From an uncultured Anaerolineales bacterium (lineage in GTDB: Bacteria; Chloroflexota; Anaerolineae; B4-G1; SLSP01), in the NCBI GenBank assembly GCA_964516885.1, contig CAZEXX010000001.1:1-51437 (forward strand): a stretch of 51,437 nt of DNA, given 5' to 3'. This document shows positions 8,841-18,169 of this stretch, in pieces. The position numbers and the translations under genes were made by a program. The number at the start of each line of letters is the position of its first letter. Position 1 is the stretch's first letter. Under the pieces are notes generated by a model, which was not told the DNA's origin, did not search any database, and worked only from the letters and a program-made list of their open reading frames with translations.

Positions 8841-9563
8841 CTATGCCTGGGTGAGGGCGTCCGAGAGTTCGATATGGCCCTCATAAAGGGCACGTCCGAT
8901 GATCACACCGGCGAGCCCCGCATCACGCACACGCTGTACATCCGACAGCGTCTTCACACCGCCCGAGGCGATAACGCGGAGACCCGTGGAGTTTGCCAAC
9001 ACAGTCGTCGCGTCCACGTTGACCCCACTCCCCATACCGTCACGCGAGATATCGGTGAAGATCAGCCACCTTCCGCCCATATCGGCCCAGCGCTGCGCCA
9101 ATTCCTCGGCCGTGATCATCGCAGCCTCCTGCCAGCCGCGAATCTGCGCCACGCCATCGCGAGCATCGATGCCCACGGCCACCCGCTCCGGGCCGAACTG
9201 CTCCAGCGCCGTCAGCACAAAGCCCGGGTCCTCAACAAACGCAGTGCCGACCACCACCCGTGAGGCCCCCAGATCGAAGGCTTGGGTGATCGAAGCCATA
9301 TCGCGGATGCCACCACCAAACTGCACGGACAGCGGTGTCTCCAGGATCCGGGTCAGAGCCTGATAGTTCTGCTTGCCCTCCTCGCCAAAGGCGCCGTCAA
9401 GGTTGACGCAGTGCAGCCAGGTCGCTCCGGCGGCTTCCCAGCGCCGCGCAACCCGCAAGGGGTCATCACTATAGCTTGTCTCGCGACCGGGATCTCCCTG
9501 CGCCAATCGCACTACCCTTCCCTGCCGCAGGTCGATTGCCGGGTAAACTGTGAACTCACTCAT
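8841..9563 (-). CDS. hisA: ProFAR isomerase
   Basis: Start placed at MSEFTVYPAIDLRQGRVVRL (ATG 9563, 14 nt after the hisH stop, GAGGAAG RBS). The longer track ORF overlaps hisH. Confidence 0.9.
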   Translation of the reverse strand: MSEFTVYPAIDLRQGRVVRLAQGDPGRETSYSDDPLRVARRWEAAGATWLHCVNLDGAFGEEGKQNYQALTRILETPLSVQFGGGIRDMASITQAFDLGASRVVVGTAFVEDPGFVLTALEQFGPERVAVGIDARDGVAQIRGWQEAAMITAEELAQRWADMGGRWLIFTDISRDGMGSGVNVDATTVLANSTGLRVIASGGVKTLSDVQRVRDAGLAGVIIGRALYEGHIELSDALTQA

Positions 9564-9576
9564 AGGCTGGACTTCC

Positions 9577-10200
9577 TCACTCTCCACCATTCGTCCCAAT
9601 TCCGTGGACGAAATTACGCATGACCTGCAGACCAATGTGCTGGCTCTTCTCAGGATGGAACTGCACGCCATAGAGCTTGCCGCGCCCCACAACCGAAGCG
9701 AACGGGCCACCGTAATCCGTCGTCGCCAGAGTGTCATCCGGTGATGCCCGGCAGTAGAAGCCATGGTTGAAATACGTCCAGGGCGCTGCCGGCAACTCGG
9801 CAAGCAGTGGTGATTCGGTTACAGGCTCGACTTCATTCCAGCCTGTGTGTGGCACCTTCAGCGCGGGGTCAATGGTAAACTGCACGACACGACCGGGGAG
9901 CAGGCCCAGGCCCACATGTCCGCCCAGCTCTTCACCATACTCAAAGAGCACCTGCATGCCGACGCAGATTCCCAAGAACGGCACGCCGCCGGCCACGACC
10001 TCCTTGACCGGATCAATCAGCCTCAGCCGTGCCAGATTTTCCATACAGTCAGCAAAAGCCCCCACGCCGGGCAGCACAACCTTATCCGCACCCAAGACCA
10101 CCTCTGGTGACTGCGTCAGTGTGACATCTGCCCCGACCGCCAAGAGGGCTTTGCGCACAGAGCGAACGTTGCCTGCGCCGTAGTCTATAAGCGCGATCAT
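9577..10200 (-). CDS. hisH: imidazole glycerol phosphate synthase, glutamine amidotransferase subunit
   Basis: [15 protein letters not shown]...LPGVGAF...GICVGMQ...VQFHPEKS. ATGA overlap with the hisB stop. Confidence 0.95.
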   Translation of the reverse strand: MIALIDYGAGNVRSVRKALLAVGADVTLTQSPEVVLGADKVVLPGVGAFADCMENLARLRLIDPVKEVVAGGVPFLGICVGMQVLFEYGEELGGHVGLGLLPGRVVQFTIDPALKVPHTGWNEVEPVTESPLLAELPAAPWTYFNHGFYCRASPDDTLATTDYGGPFASVVGRGKLYGVQFHPEKSQHIGLQVMRNFVHGIGTNGGE

Positions 10201-10787
10201 CAGAGCACCCCTTTTGTCGAAGGCACAGCGTCCCCACGACGGGGATCGACCTGCGTGGCACCATCCAGAGCTCGTCCAAGTGCCTTGAACAACGCCTCAG
10301 CCTTGTGGTGATCGTCACGACCGTAGAGCACACGCACGTGCACATTGGCCCGTGATGTCACCGAAAAAGACTCGAAAAAGTGCTCCCAGACCGTCACAGG
10401 GACACCGCCGACCTCAAGACCCGTCCATGCGATATCGACAACGGCATATGGACGCCCGGACAGATCCAGGGCCACAAACGCCAGCGTCTCATCCATGGTG
10501 ACGTAGGCCGATGACATCCGCACAATGCCCTTGCGACTTGCCAGCGCACGATCGAAAGCAGTCCCCAAAGCCAGAGCAACATCCTCCACAGTATGGTGAA
10601 AATCGACCTCAAGATCACCTTCAGCGCGCACGGTCAGGTCAAACAGCCCATGCACCGATATATGTGTCAGCATGTGATCCAAGAACCCGATGCCGGTGGA
10701 GATCTCGTGCTTGCCGGTACCGTCCAGATCCAGCACAACCGCAATCTTGGTCTCACGCGTCTCGCGTTTCACCTCTGCTCGTCGCAT
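10200..10787 (-). CDS. hisB: imidazoleglycerol-phosphate dehydratase (monofunctional)
   Basis: RETKETKI..., [23 protein letters not shown]. 195 aa with no phosphatase domain. Confidence 0.95.
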   Translation of the reverse strand: MRRAEVKRETRETKIAVVLDLDGTGKHEISTGIGFLDHMLTHISVHGLFDLTVRAEGDLEVDFHHTVEDVALALGTAFDRALASRKGIVRMSSAYVTMDETLAFVALDLSGRPYAVVDIAWTGLEVGGVPVTVWEHFFESFSVTSRANVHVRVLYGRDDHHKAEALFKALGRALDGATQVDPRRGDAVPSTKGVL

Positions 10788-10808
10788 CCTCTTCCTCCCT
10801 ATGTCTCC

Positions 10809-11900
10809 CTACACCAACCGTTCCAGGGCAGCTATCACCGCGTCACTCTGCTCCGGCTTCCCCACCGTGAACCGCACGTGATCGCGCAGGCGTGGCTTAC
10901 GGTAGTAGCGAATCAAAATCCCCTCCTGCTCCAAGGCCAGTTTGAGCTCTTGAGCATCACGTCCCAGTACCTGACACAGGATGAAGTTGGACTGCGAAGG
11001 GTGAGGATGCAGATAGGGAATCGACGCCAGATGAGCAGCGAAGCGACCACGCTCCTCGACGATGCGCTGGACTTTATCCTGAAGCCACGCCAGATCCTCC
11101 AGAGCCGCAATTGCCGCCGTCGACGCCGCAACCGAGACGTTGTACGGTTGTTTGATCTTCCATAGATGCGGCATCAGCGGAGTCGGGAAAGCACCATATC
11201 CGACGCGCAACCCAGCCAGGCCGGCCAACTTGCTGAAGGTGCGTAGAACAATCAGGTTGTCCCGTGATCGGACCTGACCAATGCGACTGCGCTCCATCCC
11301 CGCGAACTCCACGTAGGCCTCATCCAGCACCACCATCGCGGGCAAGGCCAGCAGTCGCTCCAAGATCTCATCCGTCACCCAACCTCCATCCGGGTTGTTG
11401 GGTGACGTGACGAAGATCAGCTTCGGACGACGTGTGTCCACTGCTTGTTCGATCCCGTTGATGTCAAGCGAATAATCTTCGAGGCGGGGGACCGACATGA
11501 CCTTGGCCCCGCTTATTGCAGCATCAAACGCGTACATGCCAAAGGTCGGCGGGCAGTTCAGGATCTCGTCTCCCGGCGCCAAAAACAGCCGCATGATGAG
11601 ATCCAACAGCTCATCTGCCCCCGCGCCCGCGAGCAGAAGCTCTGCAGGCACGTCGACAAACTTAGCCAGCGCCTCACGCAACGCCCGGCTCTCGGGATCC
11701 GGATAAATGCTAATATACTTCAGATCCCCCAAGGCCGCACGGACCTTGGGGGAGGGTCCATACGGGTTCTCGTTGGCGTCTAGCTTGATGATCTCCTCAG
11801 GCGCGCGGCCCAATCTCGCGGCCAGGACCTCAAGGGGGAAGATCGGCGTGTACGGCTCCATCGCGGCGATGTCCGGACGAACTAAGTCAGCAGGCTTCAT
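10809..11900 (-). CDS. hisC: histidinol-phosphate aminotransferase
   Basis: KLDANENPYGPSP and the class II aminotransferase pattern. Track ORF starts at 11912 (MEKDM); the ATG at 11900 has the better GGAGAAGG RBS. Either start is possible. Confidence 0.9.
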   Translation of the reverse strand: MKPADLVRPDIAAMEPYTPIFPLEVLAARLGRAPEEIIKLDANENPYGPSPKVRAALGDLKYISIYPDPESRALREALAKFVDVPAELLLAGAGADELLDLIMRLFLAPGDEILNCPPTFGMYAFDAAISGAKVMSVPRLEDYSLDINGIEQAVDTRRPKLIFVTSPNNPDGGWVTDEILERLLALPAMVVLDEAYVEFAGMERSRIGQVRSRDNLIVLRTFSKLAGLAGLRVGYGAFPTPLMPHLWKIKQPYNVSVAASTAAIAALEDLAWLQDKVQRIVEERGRFAAHLASIPYLHPHPSQSNFILCQVLGRDAQELKLALEQEGILIRYYRKPRLRDHVRFTVGKPEQSDAVIAALERLV

Positions 11901-11936
11901 ATCCTTCTCCATACAATTTGGGCCAGTTGGGTGATC

Positions 11937-13292
11937 CTACGCGATCTCATCCCCACCGACGATTCGCCAGCGCGCCGCAGCAGCGTGAGCGGTTAGGGAC
12001 TCCGCACGGGCGATGAGATCAGCATCAACGGCCAAAGCCGATGCGGTCTCCGCGGTCAATCCAATCAGGTTGATGACCTTGACGAAGTCCAGAACATTGA
12101 CCGGGCCCTTGAACCGGGCCGACCCGCCAGTGGGCATAATGTGGCTGGGGCCTGCAACATAGTCACCGAGCACCTCAAACGAGTGTTCACCAAGGAAGAT
12201 GCCCCCGGCGTTGCGAATCTGCGGCGCCCATGTCTCGACATCGGCCACGGAAAGGCACAGGTGTTCCGGGGCAAAAGCATCGGCCGCCGCGACCGCGGTC
12301 GCCAGGTCCGGCGTCAGCACGATCCCCCCCTGTCCGGCCAGGGAGCTCTCGATGGTATCCCTGCGCGTCAGTCGTGCCGCCTGGCGGGCGACTTCAGCCT
12401 GCACCGCCTCGGCCAACGCGCGGGACGGCGTCATCAAGATGGCCGTCGCCAGGACGTCGTGTTCCGCTTGCGCCAGTAGATCCGCGGCTACCCAGCGCGG
12501 ATCGGCGGAGTCATCGGCGACGACGACCGTCTCCGTAGGCCCGTAGATGCCGTCCAGACCCACAAATCCATAGACCTGCCGCTTGGCAACGGTGGTGAAG
12601 AGCCCCCCGGCGCCAACAACCTTGTCGACACGCGGCACGCTTGCCGTTCCAAACGCCATTGCTGCAACGGCCAAAGCACCGCCAAGGATGAAAAGCCGGT
12701 CCACGCCGGCCACCTGAGCAGCCGCAAGGATCAGGGGAGATGGCTGCCCGGTCTGCCTGTCTGCCGGCGTGCACACAATCACCTCATCGACGCCGGCGAC
12801 GCGTGCCGGGACGACGGCCATAAGCAAGGAGGAGGGCAGCGGCGCCGTGCCACCGGGCACATAGACGCCCACGCGCTCCAACGGCACCAGTCGCTGACCC
12901 AGCAATCCGCCCATCTCATTCGACGTCCAGTTGGGGATCGGTTGCCGGGCGTGGAAGTCGCGAATGCGTTCGGCAGCCCGTTCCGTGGCCCCACGCAGTT
13001 CAGGTGAGAGGCCATCATAGGCCTCTGCCCACGCTGACTTGGGGACCTCCAGAGCCTGCGTGGTCACACCGTCAATCCGTTCTGTCCATTCGCGCAGTGC
13101 ATCGTCCCCGCGTGCGCGCACATCCGCCAGCAGACGTGCCACCGCGGCCTCAGGCGTCAAGGCCTCGCCGAAAACGCGCTTGATGCTCTCCAGCACGACC
13201 TCGGGCACATCCTCAACCGTGGACATGATGCGCCGCTTAAGGATTCCCGCAGCCGACTCAACATTCTCATAGATGGCGATCATCGCAGCCAC
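11937..13292 (-). CDS. hisD: histidinol dehydrogenase
   Basis: About 450 aa, with the QAEHD motif (LLAQAEHDVLA). GTG start lies 6 nt after GGGAGA and just past the hisG stop. Confidence 0.9.
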   Translation of the reverse strand: MAAMIAIYENVESAAGILKRRIMSTVEDVPEVVLESIKRVFGEALTPEAAVARLLADVRARGDDALREWTERIDGVTTQALEVPKSAWAEAYDGLSPELRGATERAAERIRDFHARQPIPNWTSNEMGGLLGQRLVPLERVGVYVPGGTAPLPSSLLMAVVPARVAGVDEVIVCTPADRQTGQPSPLILAAAQVAGVDRLFILGGALAVAAMAFGTASVPRVDKVVGAGGLFTTVAKRQVYGFVGLDGIYGPTETVVVADDSADPRWVAADLLAQAEHDVLATAILMTPSRALAEAVQAEVARQAARLTRRDTIESSLAGQGGIVLTPDLATAVAAADAFAPEHLCLSVADVETWAPQIRNAGGIFLGEHSFEVLGDYVAGPSHIMPTGGSARFKGPVNVLDFVKVINLIGLTAETASALAVDADLIARAESLTAHAAAARWRIVGGDEIA

Positions 13293-13294
13293 CG

Positions 13295-14305
13295 CTAGTC
13301 TCCCATCTCAACAGCCCGCATCATGGCACGGATGCGATCCGGCTCTTCCTCAAAGATGTAGGTTACGGGCGTCACGACCACACCACTGCCGCCAATCGCG
13401 CGCAATTCAGCAATAGCCGGGATCAGGTCGTCGCGTCGCACCACGATCTGGACGGCGTGCCAGTTCTCACTGCTGTTCGCACTCACCACCCGGGAGATCG
13501 TGGGGCCCTGAAGGCCCCCCAGGACATCCTGTTCAAACAGCCGCTGGGCGATGAGTTCCGGCGATACGCCGCGTATATTGGCCACAACCATGACATGCTC
13601 TTGGGCCCGTAGATGCGCCTCGGCCAACTCGAGCAGCGTCCGTGCGATACTGAGGACCTCGGGACGTCTGCGCAGCGCCGCGCGATTGACGATCAGTGCA
13701 GCCTGCGACCGGAGAATGACGCCATCGTCCAATGCACGCAGCCGATTGTCCCTCAGCGTCTGTCCAGAGGAAACCAGGTCCACGATACAATCCGCATAGC
13801 CAATCTCAGGTGCTACCTCAAGGGTCCCCTCAGAGTGAACAAGGGAGAAGGGCGCGACACTATGCTCCTTGAGAAAAGCCCCAGCCAGGTTTGTGAACTT
13901 CGTGGCCACACGTAGCGGGCGGTCCCAATCAGCGACCGCGACGGCGAGATCTGCAACCGTGTGGACGTTGTCCCAGGCCTCTGGCACCGCGATCGCCAAC
14001 CGGCAGGCGCCAAATCCCAGCGCCTCGTGAAGCACCAGGAGCTCCCCATTGCCCCCACCGTACTCCTTTGTCACATCAAGACCCGTTATACCGAAGTCGA
14101 CGCTGCCGTCTCGCACGCTCACCACAATGTCAGTCGGGCGCTGGAGCAACACCGTCACGTTAGGCAGTGCGGGCATAGTAGCTGCATACTGGCGTGGATT
14201 AGGCTTGTACATCCGCAGACCACATGCCGCCAAAAAGGCCTCGGCACTCTCAGCCAAGCGTCCCTTGCTGGGCAAGGACAAACGGACATCGGTTCGTTCA
14301 GGCAT
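13295..14305 (-). CDS. hisG: ATP phosphoribosyltransferase, long form with C-terminal regulatory domain
   Basis: Start at MPERTDVRLSLPSKGRL (ATG 14305, GGGGGAG RBS). First gene of the operon; no hisZ needed for the long form. Confidence 0.85.
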   Translation of the reverse strand: MPERTDVRLSLPSKGRLAESAEAFLAACGLRMYKPNPRQYAATMPALPNVTVLLQRPTDIVVSVRDGSVDFGITGLDVTKEYGGGNGELLVLHEALGFGACRLAIAVPEAWDNVHTVADLAVAVADWDRPLRVATKFTNLAGAFLKEHSVAPFSLVHSEGTLEVAPEIGYADCIVDLVSSGQTLRDNRLRALDDGVILRSQAALIVNRAALRRRPEVLSIARTLLELAEAHLRAQEHVMVVANIRGVSPELIAQRLFEQDVLGGLQGPTISRVVSANSSENWHAVQIVVRRDDLIPAIAELRAIGGSGVVVTPVTYIFEEEPDRIRAMMRAVEMGD

Positions 14306-14322
14306 AGTCTCCCCCTTGAATG

Positions 14323-14353
14323 AAAAAGCCCCCCGGTCCAATCCGGGGGGCTC
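14323..14353 (-). terminator. intrinsic-terminator hairpin inside the hisG 5' leader (putative attenuator)
   Basis: The minus strand reads GAGCCCCCCGG-ATTGGA-CCGGGGGGCTTTTTCATTC. That is a 10-11 bp GC stem, a 6-nt loop and a U5 tract, ending about 18 nt before the hisG ATG. Confidence 0.6.
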
Positions 14354-14482
14354 TGTGTTCGTCTTGCTCAAGCCAGGCTAGGCTTCACGATGCGTGCGAA
14401 GCCACACCTCCCGCATTGGGTGGTGTCAAGATCGTATGATAATGATTGCCATAGGCAAGATTGAGTGTTTTCATTCCTGATA

Positions 14483-14510
14483 ACAGTACCACGGTTCCAT
14501 CAAGTGTCAA
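14483..14510 (-). promoter_or_regulatory. possible promoter of the his leader
   Basis: On the minus strand: TTGACA (14510-14505), a 16-nt spacer, then TACTGT (14488-14483). It overlaps the dehydrogenase stop codon. Confidence 0.3.
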
Positions 14511-15511
14511 GCAAGAGAGGGCACCATCAGAACTTTCTTAACACCGTCGAGCCCTGACTCTATCATCTCGACACCTCTCTCAAAATCCCTCAGGGGCAGA
14601 CGATGCGATATCAACTCCGACACCTTAACCTGCCCGGAGTGTAGCATCGCAACCGCCTGATAGGAGTTGCGCTTGGATGTGAAGGAGGACCGCAGTGTCA
14701 GCCCCTTCTCAAAGATGGCGAAGGCGTCCAGCGTCAGATCTGCGCCCCTCGGCGGCACACCGAAGAGCAGAATCGTGCCCCCAGGACGCGCCAACTCTGT
14801 GGATCGCGCCATCACGCCCGGTACACCGGTTGCATCGATCACGACGTCGAAGGCGTCGGACGGCATCGTCGCCAGGTCATCGACCCGGCTCGCCGCACCC
14901 AGCAATAGCGCCAGCTTCGCCCTTGCAGGCTGTCGCTCCAGCACCGTCACATCAGCCGCGCCCTGTTGTAGCGCTACCTGCAAGAGCAAAAGCCCGATCG
15001 GACCCGCACCCAGGATCGCGATGCGATCCGCCAGCCTGATCTCGGCGCGCTCGATGCCATGGATAACACAGGAGAGCGGTTCCACAAAGGCAGCGTGCTC
15101 GTATGGAAGAGATCCAATATCGAAGACCACCCTCTCCGGGGCGACTACGAACTCAGCCATGCCCCCGGGGCGCGTCACACCGACCGCTTGCCAGTTAAGA
15201 CAGAAGTTCTGACGATTGTTCAGGCAAGCGTAACAATTGTCACACGCGATATTCGGCTCAACCGCGACACGGTCCCCAATCTGGAAGCGCCGCACATCCG
15301 AGCCGGTCGCGACCACCTCCCCAGCGAACTCGTGCCCGGGGATGACCGGATAGTCACCCAGGTACTCACCGCGGAAGATGTGAACATCCGTACCGCAGAT
15401 GCCGCAGGCAGCCACCCGGACCAAGACCCCATCGGGACCGGGGTCCGGCACCGGGACGTCTTGTACATCGACATGATTCGGTTGGTGAATCATCAGGGCT
15501 TTCATCGACAT
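14507..15511 (-). CDS. Zn-dependent medium-chain dehydrogenase (threonine/polyol dehydrogenase-like)
   Basis: VAACGICGTDVHIFRGE, GHEFAGEVV, the structural-Zn Cys cluster CDNCYACLNNRQNFC, and the Rossmann motif GAGPIG. Confidence 0.85.
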   Translation of the reverse strand: MSMKALMIHQPNHVDVQDVPVPDPGPDGVLVRVAACGICGTDVHIFRGEYLGDYPVIPGHEFAGEVVATGSDVRRFQIGDRVAVEPNIACDNCYACLNNRQNFCLNWQAVGVTRPGGMAEFVVAPERVVFDIGSLPYEHAAFVEPLSCVIHGIERAEIRLADRIAILGAGPIGLLLLQVALQQGAADVTVLERQPARAKLALLLGAASRVDDLATMPSDAFDVVIDATGVPGVMARSTELARPGGTILLFGVPPRGADLTLDAFAIFEKGLTLRSSFTSKRNSYQAVAMLHSGQVKVSELISHRLPLRDFERGVEMIESGLDGVKKVLMVPSLA

Positions 15512-15713
15512 CAGCAGGTCTCCGCCAGACTTCGCAGGCTGAGTTTGGCCTGCAGATCTGTATGGACGGAACCCGGAACCTGTGCCGTCAGCCAGGCTTC
15601 ATCGGTACGTGCCTCTCGGAATGCAGCAGCAGAAGGCCGCGAACGTTTGACCACACTTCCTCCTCAGCTATTAGGAAATCGACTGCCCATCCATCCAGAA
15701 GACGGCTCAGTGC

Positions 15714-16649
15714 CTACATAACCAGCCGTTCGTACAACAGCTCAGGGCTCAAGTCAGGACAGACCGTTTCATGGCAAGCGATTGTCTGCGCCGCAGCCGC
15801 CGTGCCCAACCTCACGGTCTCCTCAGGCGACATCCCTTCGATTAGGCCGTAGGCAACCGCAGCCGTCAGGGCATCTCCAGCTCCCGTCACATCCACAACC
15901 TCCACAGGGAAAGGAGGAATCCTACCACTCTCCCCCGACGTTGCATAGTAAAGCCCGGCAGCACCCAGTGTGATGATGGCCAAGTCCACACCGGATTGCA
16001 CCAGGCGCCGAGCAGCAGCACCGATGTCCTCATCGTCCTGCAGCTTCTGCCCCACGAGCGCCTCAGCTTCGACCAGATCAGGTGTGATTGCCACGATCTG
16101 CGGAAGATACGGATGTAGACGATGGGCCAGCAGTGCAGCCGTGGGATCCGCACACACCGGGATATCGTACTCGGAGGTAAGCCGGAACAGAGTCTGGAGC
16201 GTTCGCGCAGACAGATTCGCGTCGATGCAGACAATGTCCGCATCCCGCACTAAACTCCGCAGGCGGTGAAGGTGCCCAGGCGTGATCTCACGAATCACCG
16301 CCATGTCGTCAAAGGCCACCCAGGGCTGCTCATCGAAATGGGAAAGCGCGACATACGAACCCGTCGGATGCTCATGTGAAACAATGCATGCATCGGTGTT
16401 AATCCCCATGTCATGCAGCTGGCTCAGCAGCATATGCCCACACCAATCATCACCCACGGCTGTGATCAGGTGGACCTCAACCGAAAGGCGCGCCAGGTTC
16501 TCCGCAATGTTGCGGGCCGCACCACCCCATCCCCAACGGATCAGACCAGGATTGGAGCGCGCAGGTTCGATTACGACAGTGCGAGGTCGCACACTGAGAT
16601 CCAGACCGGCGGCGCCCACCACCAACGCGCGATGCTCTGCGTAACTCAT
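15714..16649 (-). CDS. PfkB-family carbohydrate/nucleoside kinase (pseudouridine-kinase-like)
   Basis: GGAARNIAENLARL near the N-terminus and TGAGDALTAAVAYGL near the C-terminus. GGGAGGGGG RBS. Confidence 0.85.
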   Translation of the reverse strand: MSYAEHRALVVGAAGLDLSVRPRTVVIEPARSNPGLIRWGWGGAARNIAENLARLSVEVHLITAVGDDWCGHMLLSQLHDMGINTDACIVSHEHPTGSYVALSHFDEQPWVAFDDMAVIREITPGHLHRLRSLVRDADIVCIDANLSARTLQTLFRLTSEYDIPVCADPTAALLAHRLHPYLPQIVAITPDLVEAEALVGQKLQDDEDIGAAARRLVQSGVDLAIITLGAAGLYYATSGESGRIPPFPVEVVDVTGAGDALTAAVAYGLIEGMSPEETVRLGTAAAAQTIACHETVCPDLSPELLYERLVM

Positions 16650-16855
16650 TCTGCACCCCCTCCCTGATCAACAGCCGCGGTGTGCCTATCAAACCTGATC
16701 CGGCATCATCATCGCAACATGCCCAAAGCCCACTTCAGCCTGCAGTTCCGTCAAACGCCGCATCCACCGGATGATATCTTGACAACCTGCAATTCAAGAA
16801 GACGGACAGGAGCCAGTTCCCTACGCAGATACCCCGAGCACAGGGGAACCGCGCC

Positions 16856-18169
16856 CTACCCGGGTTGTGGGCCGGCCGGGATCTCAGCGGTGGGGGAAGA
16901 CTGGGGATCCTGCGGAGTGGTGGTGGCAATACGCACAAGGTCCTCAGCCTGTGAGATAAATAGACGTTGTCGCTCAGGGCCCTGATCCGACACAGCCGCA
17001 TACAACACCTTGAGAAAACTGGCGATGATCAACTGCGAAGGCACCTCAGCCTCGTCGCTGATGAGTCCCTGTACCTCCTCAAGCATTCTATTGACGAACC
17101 TCACTTGGGCCTCTACACGCGCATCTTTTGCCAGCTGCTCAAGGTCTGTGCCCGGCTCCATCGGATACACGTCGATGTTCTTCTGCAGCTTAGCCTGCCA
17201 GAACTCAAGCCACTGGCGTGAGATCGCCTCCTCGGCAGGACGTACCATCCCGAGCTCTATCCGCTCCACAATGACTCCCCGCTCAGCACCCTTGTCGCGC
17301 ACAATCCTCTCGATTTCGACCTCGAACTCAAGCAAGAGCTTCGGAGCCGGCACATCGTCCTCCTCAAGCCAGTACCGCGGGTTCAGAAACTCATCTAGAC
17401 GGTATTGCTCCAGCACATCTCTCACAGCGCTATCCAGTACGCCCATCGACATACCGGTCACCCAGTCCGAGACACGGTCCCGCCCCTCATGCTTACGCAC
17501 AGACTTGGACGTCGTGACCTTGAGAACTGCCCCTTCCGAATACCCAAAGGGTGGCATTGCCCCCTCAAACGCCTCCTGCCGAGACGATGCAATTCGGCAA
17601 ACGATGCTGGCTTGACAAGAGGCAGGGATACCGTCGCGCGTCACGAACTTGACCGTCACCGTGCGGCGCTGAGGACGCATATCCACCACGTCCCAAACCC
17701 TCTCGAACGCCCGCAAATCATGGACACCTGGGCCCAGGATGCGACTGAGCTTACCCAAGCGGCTGGTCACGACCACGTTATTATGGTCTACATTGAGCTT
17801 CGCCGGGCCTCCCACCTTGTGGACAACTGGGGGGCCGTCAAGATCCACCTGTCCGCCCTGCACACTCAGAGTCACGCCCCGGGCCGCATAGGGAATCAAC
17901 CCGGACAACAGACGACTCGTCAATGCCTCAGCATCACCCACACTCAAGTCATGCAGCGCCTGCGTGTACTGGCGTAGCACGCGCGGCACGTGATAGAAGG
18001 CGACGAGAACGGCAATGCCGAATCCTGCGAGAAGGATCAAGTAGTCGATGCGCTGGGAAGACCCCAGCAACTGGTGCCCATCACTCCAGAGCACGATCGG
18101 CAGGGTCGCCGCATAGACCACAAAGAGCACGCCGATCACCAAGGCCACGAGAGTTCTGCGTAGATTCAC
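16856..18169 (-). CDS. SPFH/band-7-like membrane protein (2 N-terminal TM helices)
   Basis: The GTG start overlaps the upstream stop as GTGA; GGAGGGGAG RBS. SPFH-like core: NVVVTSRLGKLSRILGPGVHDLRAFERVWDVVDMRPQRRTVTVKFVTRDGI, followed by a helical C-terminal region. Confidence 0.75.
   Translation of the reverse strand: MNLRRTLVALVIGVLFVVYAATLPIVLWSDGHQLLGSSQRIDYLILLAGFGIAVLVAFYHVPRVLRQYTQALHDLSVGDAEALTSRLLSGLIPYAARGVTLSVQGGQVDLDGPPVVHKVGGPAKLNVDHNNVVVTSRLGKLSRILGPGVHDLRAFERVWDVVDMRPQRRTVTVKFVTRDGIPASCQASIVCRIASSRQEAFEGAMPPFGYSEGAVLKVTTSKSVRKHEGRDRVSDWVTGMSMGVLDSAVRDVLEQYRLDEFLNPRYWLEEDDVPAPKLLLEFEVEIERIVRDKGAERGVIVERIELGMVRPAEEAISRQWLEFWQAKLQKNIDVYPMEPGTDLEQLAKDARVEAQVRFVNRMLEEVQGLISDEAEVPSQLIIASFLKVLYAAVSDQGPERQRLFISQAEDLVRIATTTPQDPQSSPTAEIPAGPQPG

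Noticed and set aside
14412-14428. T-box-like GGGTGGTG string on the plus strand of the his leader.
   Set aside because: It is on the wrong strand for hisG, and there is no plus-strand gene downstream. On the minus strand no AANNNGGGTGGTACCGCG-type T-box precedes the terminator, so a T-box riboswitch is not supported.
14426-14452. Mini-ORF MAIIIIRS in the his leader (an Ile-rich leader peptide?).
   Set aside because: An Ile-rich leader makes no sense for a his operon. It overlaps, in another frame, the ORF that contains the His codons. It is treated as coincidental.
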